A DNA stretch of 64,000 nt from Lama glama (lineage: Eukaryota). Under the pieces are notes generated by a model. It saw only the letters and a program-made list of their open reading frames with translations. It ran no database searches and was not told where the DNA came from. Below are positions 61,401 to 64,000 of this stretch, piece after piece. Each line of letters begins with the position of its first letter. Positions within the stretch are counted from its first letter, which is position 1. A program made the translations under genes and the position numbers. The stretch covers positions 95,978,001-96,042,000 of the forward strand of contig CM052816.1 in NCBI GenBank assembly GCA_028534125.1. The letters run 5' to 3'.

Positions 61401-63149
61401 CTCACCTAGAATAGTAATTCAATTATCAATTATCATGTGCCTACAATAATGGTTTCATAGTTCATTAAGTTCCAAAAGACAGAGAATTGGCTAGAATTCT
61501 CTTTCTGAGATGGAGGCGCACTTGGCTTTGGGCAGACTGAAGCGCACTCAAGTCTCCATCTTCACTTTTCTTGGTTTTCTGAAGTTCTTGGCTGCAAGAT
61601 AGATACTGCGTTTTGCTGTTGGTCTTTCGGTCGGTGCCGTGGTGCGGGTAGGAGTTCTGTTCTGTGATAGTCGCAGTGCGTTTCTGTGGATACTGTTGAC
61701 ACAAGGTACATCCTTGCATAAACATGCTGAGTGGTTGTATTTGGGGATCAAGACTTAGCCTGTCATTCTTAATAAAGTTTGAAATGCTAGCGCTGTGGAC
61801 TCCACATCTTATTATTCTTGCCCCATTGTCTGGTCAGCCTGATGGAAAATCTCCACGAGGTGACCTGGAAGGGCCCCATCCAGATCTGATCTGTTTTGTC
61901 ATACGCATTTCACCTCGCGTTCCCCAAGTTCACCGATGGGAGAATTGTCTGCTTCCATTATGCACATTAGAATGCATCAGAATGAGCCCCCGCCACAGAG
62001 CCGGGGGAACCTTACTTTCTCTCGTGCTCTCTTCTGTGTTGGGATTTGGGCCTTTTTTATTGTTTGCTTAGCTTAGTGTCTGCCAAGTCTGTTATTGTCC
62101 CGGCTTTGTGACTATTATAAATATTTGTGAGCCACAGATGTGCGGTGAGGTTCAGAATCCATTTTCTTTCCTCTGTTTTGTGTGGAAGTCAGGCTGGGCG
62201 TGGCGTCTGTGTGCTGTTCCTTCTCAGACACCCGTTAGAGGGCCAGATGTGTATGAGGTTAATTGCTTGGATTTGAAGATTTACGTGTGCACGCGAGGAT
62301 ACTTCCCTCTTGTTTAAACTGTGCCTAAGATCTTTTTTTGGCAGGACTCTCCTCAGGGCATAAAAATGACCCTGTGTTTGGATTTTTGGATTTCATGGGA
62401 CTTGAGGTTTTCCTGCATCGTGGTCTCCAGATCAGAATATTGGAGCAGCTGCCATAGCTGCAGGGTTGCAAACCTAGTCTGTTCCTGTTTTATCCACTGG
62501 AGCTTTTCGTGTGGTTTTCATGTGTGTTTGTGTCTCCCAGGCCACAAAGGCATCAGAGTCATTTTGTTTCACTTGCTTTTGCTCTAAGTTTGGACAGTAA
62601 CCACTATTGGTTAAACCAAAGCAGAAAAAGCAAAGGTTGGAAAGATGGTCAGGAGATTCTGGGAAGTAAATACCACCAGATTTCATATAACAGTACCTAA
62701 AAATAGCAAATAGATCTTACATTTCCAGTGCTGAGGAATTGGGTGAGTGTCTCTAAGTTGTTCACCATTGCTCAGAATTTTTTTTTGGAGTGAGGGACGT
62801 TACTGTCCCGCTCACAGCTCAGAGGCCATATACCTTTGAGAACTGTTCCTCCTCCTTCCATAGAAAGTCACCTCCTTGCTGCAGTGATGACTGGAAAGTG
62901 GGGCGCTGACCCAAACTGGCCAATCACAAATCCCACCTGGTGGCCACTCTGAATAATTCTAATTGAGAGCCAGGACTTTAGCTTGGTCACCAATATCCCA
63001 TTTCTTCTTTCTTACTCAAAAACAGGACTTAAACGAGTTCTTCCCTTTCTTTCCTTCATCATCAATTTTTATTTTCCTCTCTCTGCTAGATCTTTCCCCT
63101 AGGGATGCAAACATCTACCATTTTTTAAAAAATGACCTGTTGACCTGAA

Positions 63150-63735
63150 TTTCCCCTCCAGCCAGGACCCAGTTCTCTCCTTCTGTTTACAGAAGAACTT
63201 TTTAAAAGCATTTGTTTATGTTTCCTTTTGTTTCCACTTCCTCTGGAACCCACTTAGACCACTTGGTCATTCCATCATCAGTCCTGCCTCTTCAAGGTCA
63301 CCTGTCACCTCCATGTTGCTGAATCCAAGCGTCCACATTCAGTCAGCCTCGCACCAGACAGTCAGGAGCGGCAGCCTTCGTACAGTCTAACCCATCCCTC
63401 CCACCTCCTCAAAGCACTTTCTCCATCTGCTTTCTGGACACCGCAGCACCCTGATGTGACTCCTCCATCTCTAGCCATTGTCCCTTCCTTCAACTGCTCA
63501 TCTCCCTGACCTACAACCACTGGCGTCCTTAAGGGTTCTGTACCTTGACCTCATCTCTTTCCCCACCATCCTCACCACTTGTATAATTTTTGCCCTCCCC
63601 ATAGTGTAAGTTCCATAAGGGCAGGGATTTTCGCTATTTTGATCACTGCTCCATCTTCAGGCAACGAATGGTCTAAGACAGAAAAGCTGTCAGTGATTGT
63701 TTGTTGGATGGATGGTGAATGGTTGGATGGATCCT
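63150..63735 (+). mobile_element. LINE-2 RT remnant plus 3' tail
   Basis: 'tcaaggtcacctgtcacctccatgttgctgaatccaa', 'ggcgtccttaagggttctgtaccttgacctc', then the tail 'tgtaagttccataagggcagggattt...tttgttggatggatgg'. Confidence 0.75.
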
Positions 63736-64000
63736 TTGGGCCTTTTAAACTGGGTGAGAAAAAACCCTCTTTCTAATTTGGGCACAGAACTGGAAGTACA
63801 TGAGATTGTCTGCAAGAGGAAGGAATGAGATTATTCCTCCTCTATCCCCAACCAGAGTTTAGTATATTTGGTACAGTTTTCCCCATGTTGTCCAGCAGGC
63901 GGATGTTCACTTGTTCACCAATTCTCAGACCACATATTATCTGCTCTGTGAACCCTTATCATCCTTCTCCTTCCTGTCCCCATGTTCCTGTGCATGTCCC

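Noticed and set aside
1..64000. CRISPR arrays, operons, rRNA, prophage or an intact provirus
   Set aside because: The DNA is mammalian; I saw no regularly spaced repeats, gene-dense coding sequence, or gag/pol/env frames.
1..64000. Naming the host gene
   Set aside because: No coding exon was recognised, so any gene name would be a guess; alignment to an annotated genome is needed.

Overview
Mammalian non-coding DNA, most likely camelid (camel or alpaca). The lineage call rests on a tRNA-Ala(AGC)-derived SINE with TSDs, young cetartiodactyl-type L1 3' tails, and no Alu, BovB/Bov-A, PRE1 or CHR SINEs that I could recognise. I recognise no protein-coding gene: the ORF track looks spurious except for LINE-1 ORF2 remnants, and two 'long' ORFs merely span a 500-N gap (40459-40958). 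The window reads like the interior of a long intron or gene desert. It carries old eutherian repeats (MIR, L2, L1ME/L1MC, MLT1, MER20, MER53, MER58, a Tigger-type element), two LTRs with nested retroposons, and a series of AT-rich, repeat-free blocks dense in homeodomain/Sox/POU/Fox/TALE-type motifs that resemble conserved developmental enhancers. The most unusual direct observations are a 72-nt tract whose only G's are in CpG (9195-9266), a perfect 19-bp hairpin (17773-17819), a 93-nt exon-like unit with strong splice signals (60089-60181), and a candidate terminal exon (57337-57490). I cannot support a new biological system from this sequence alone. Repeat subfamily names come from recalled consensus sequences and need RepeatMasker/Dfam confirmation; boundaries of old repeats are approximate.
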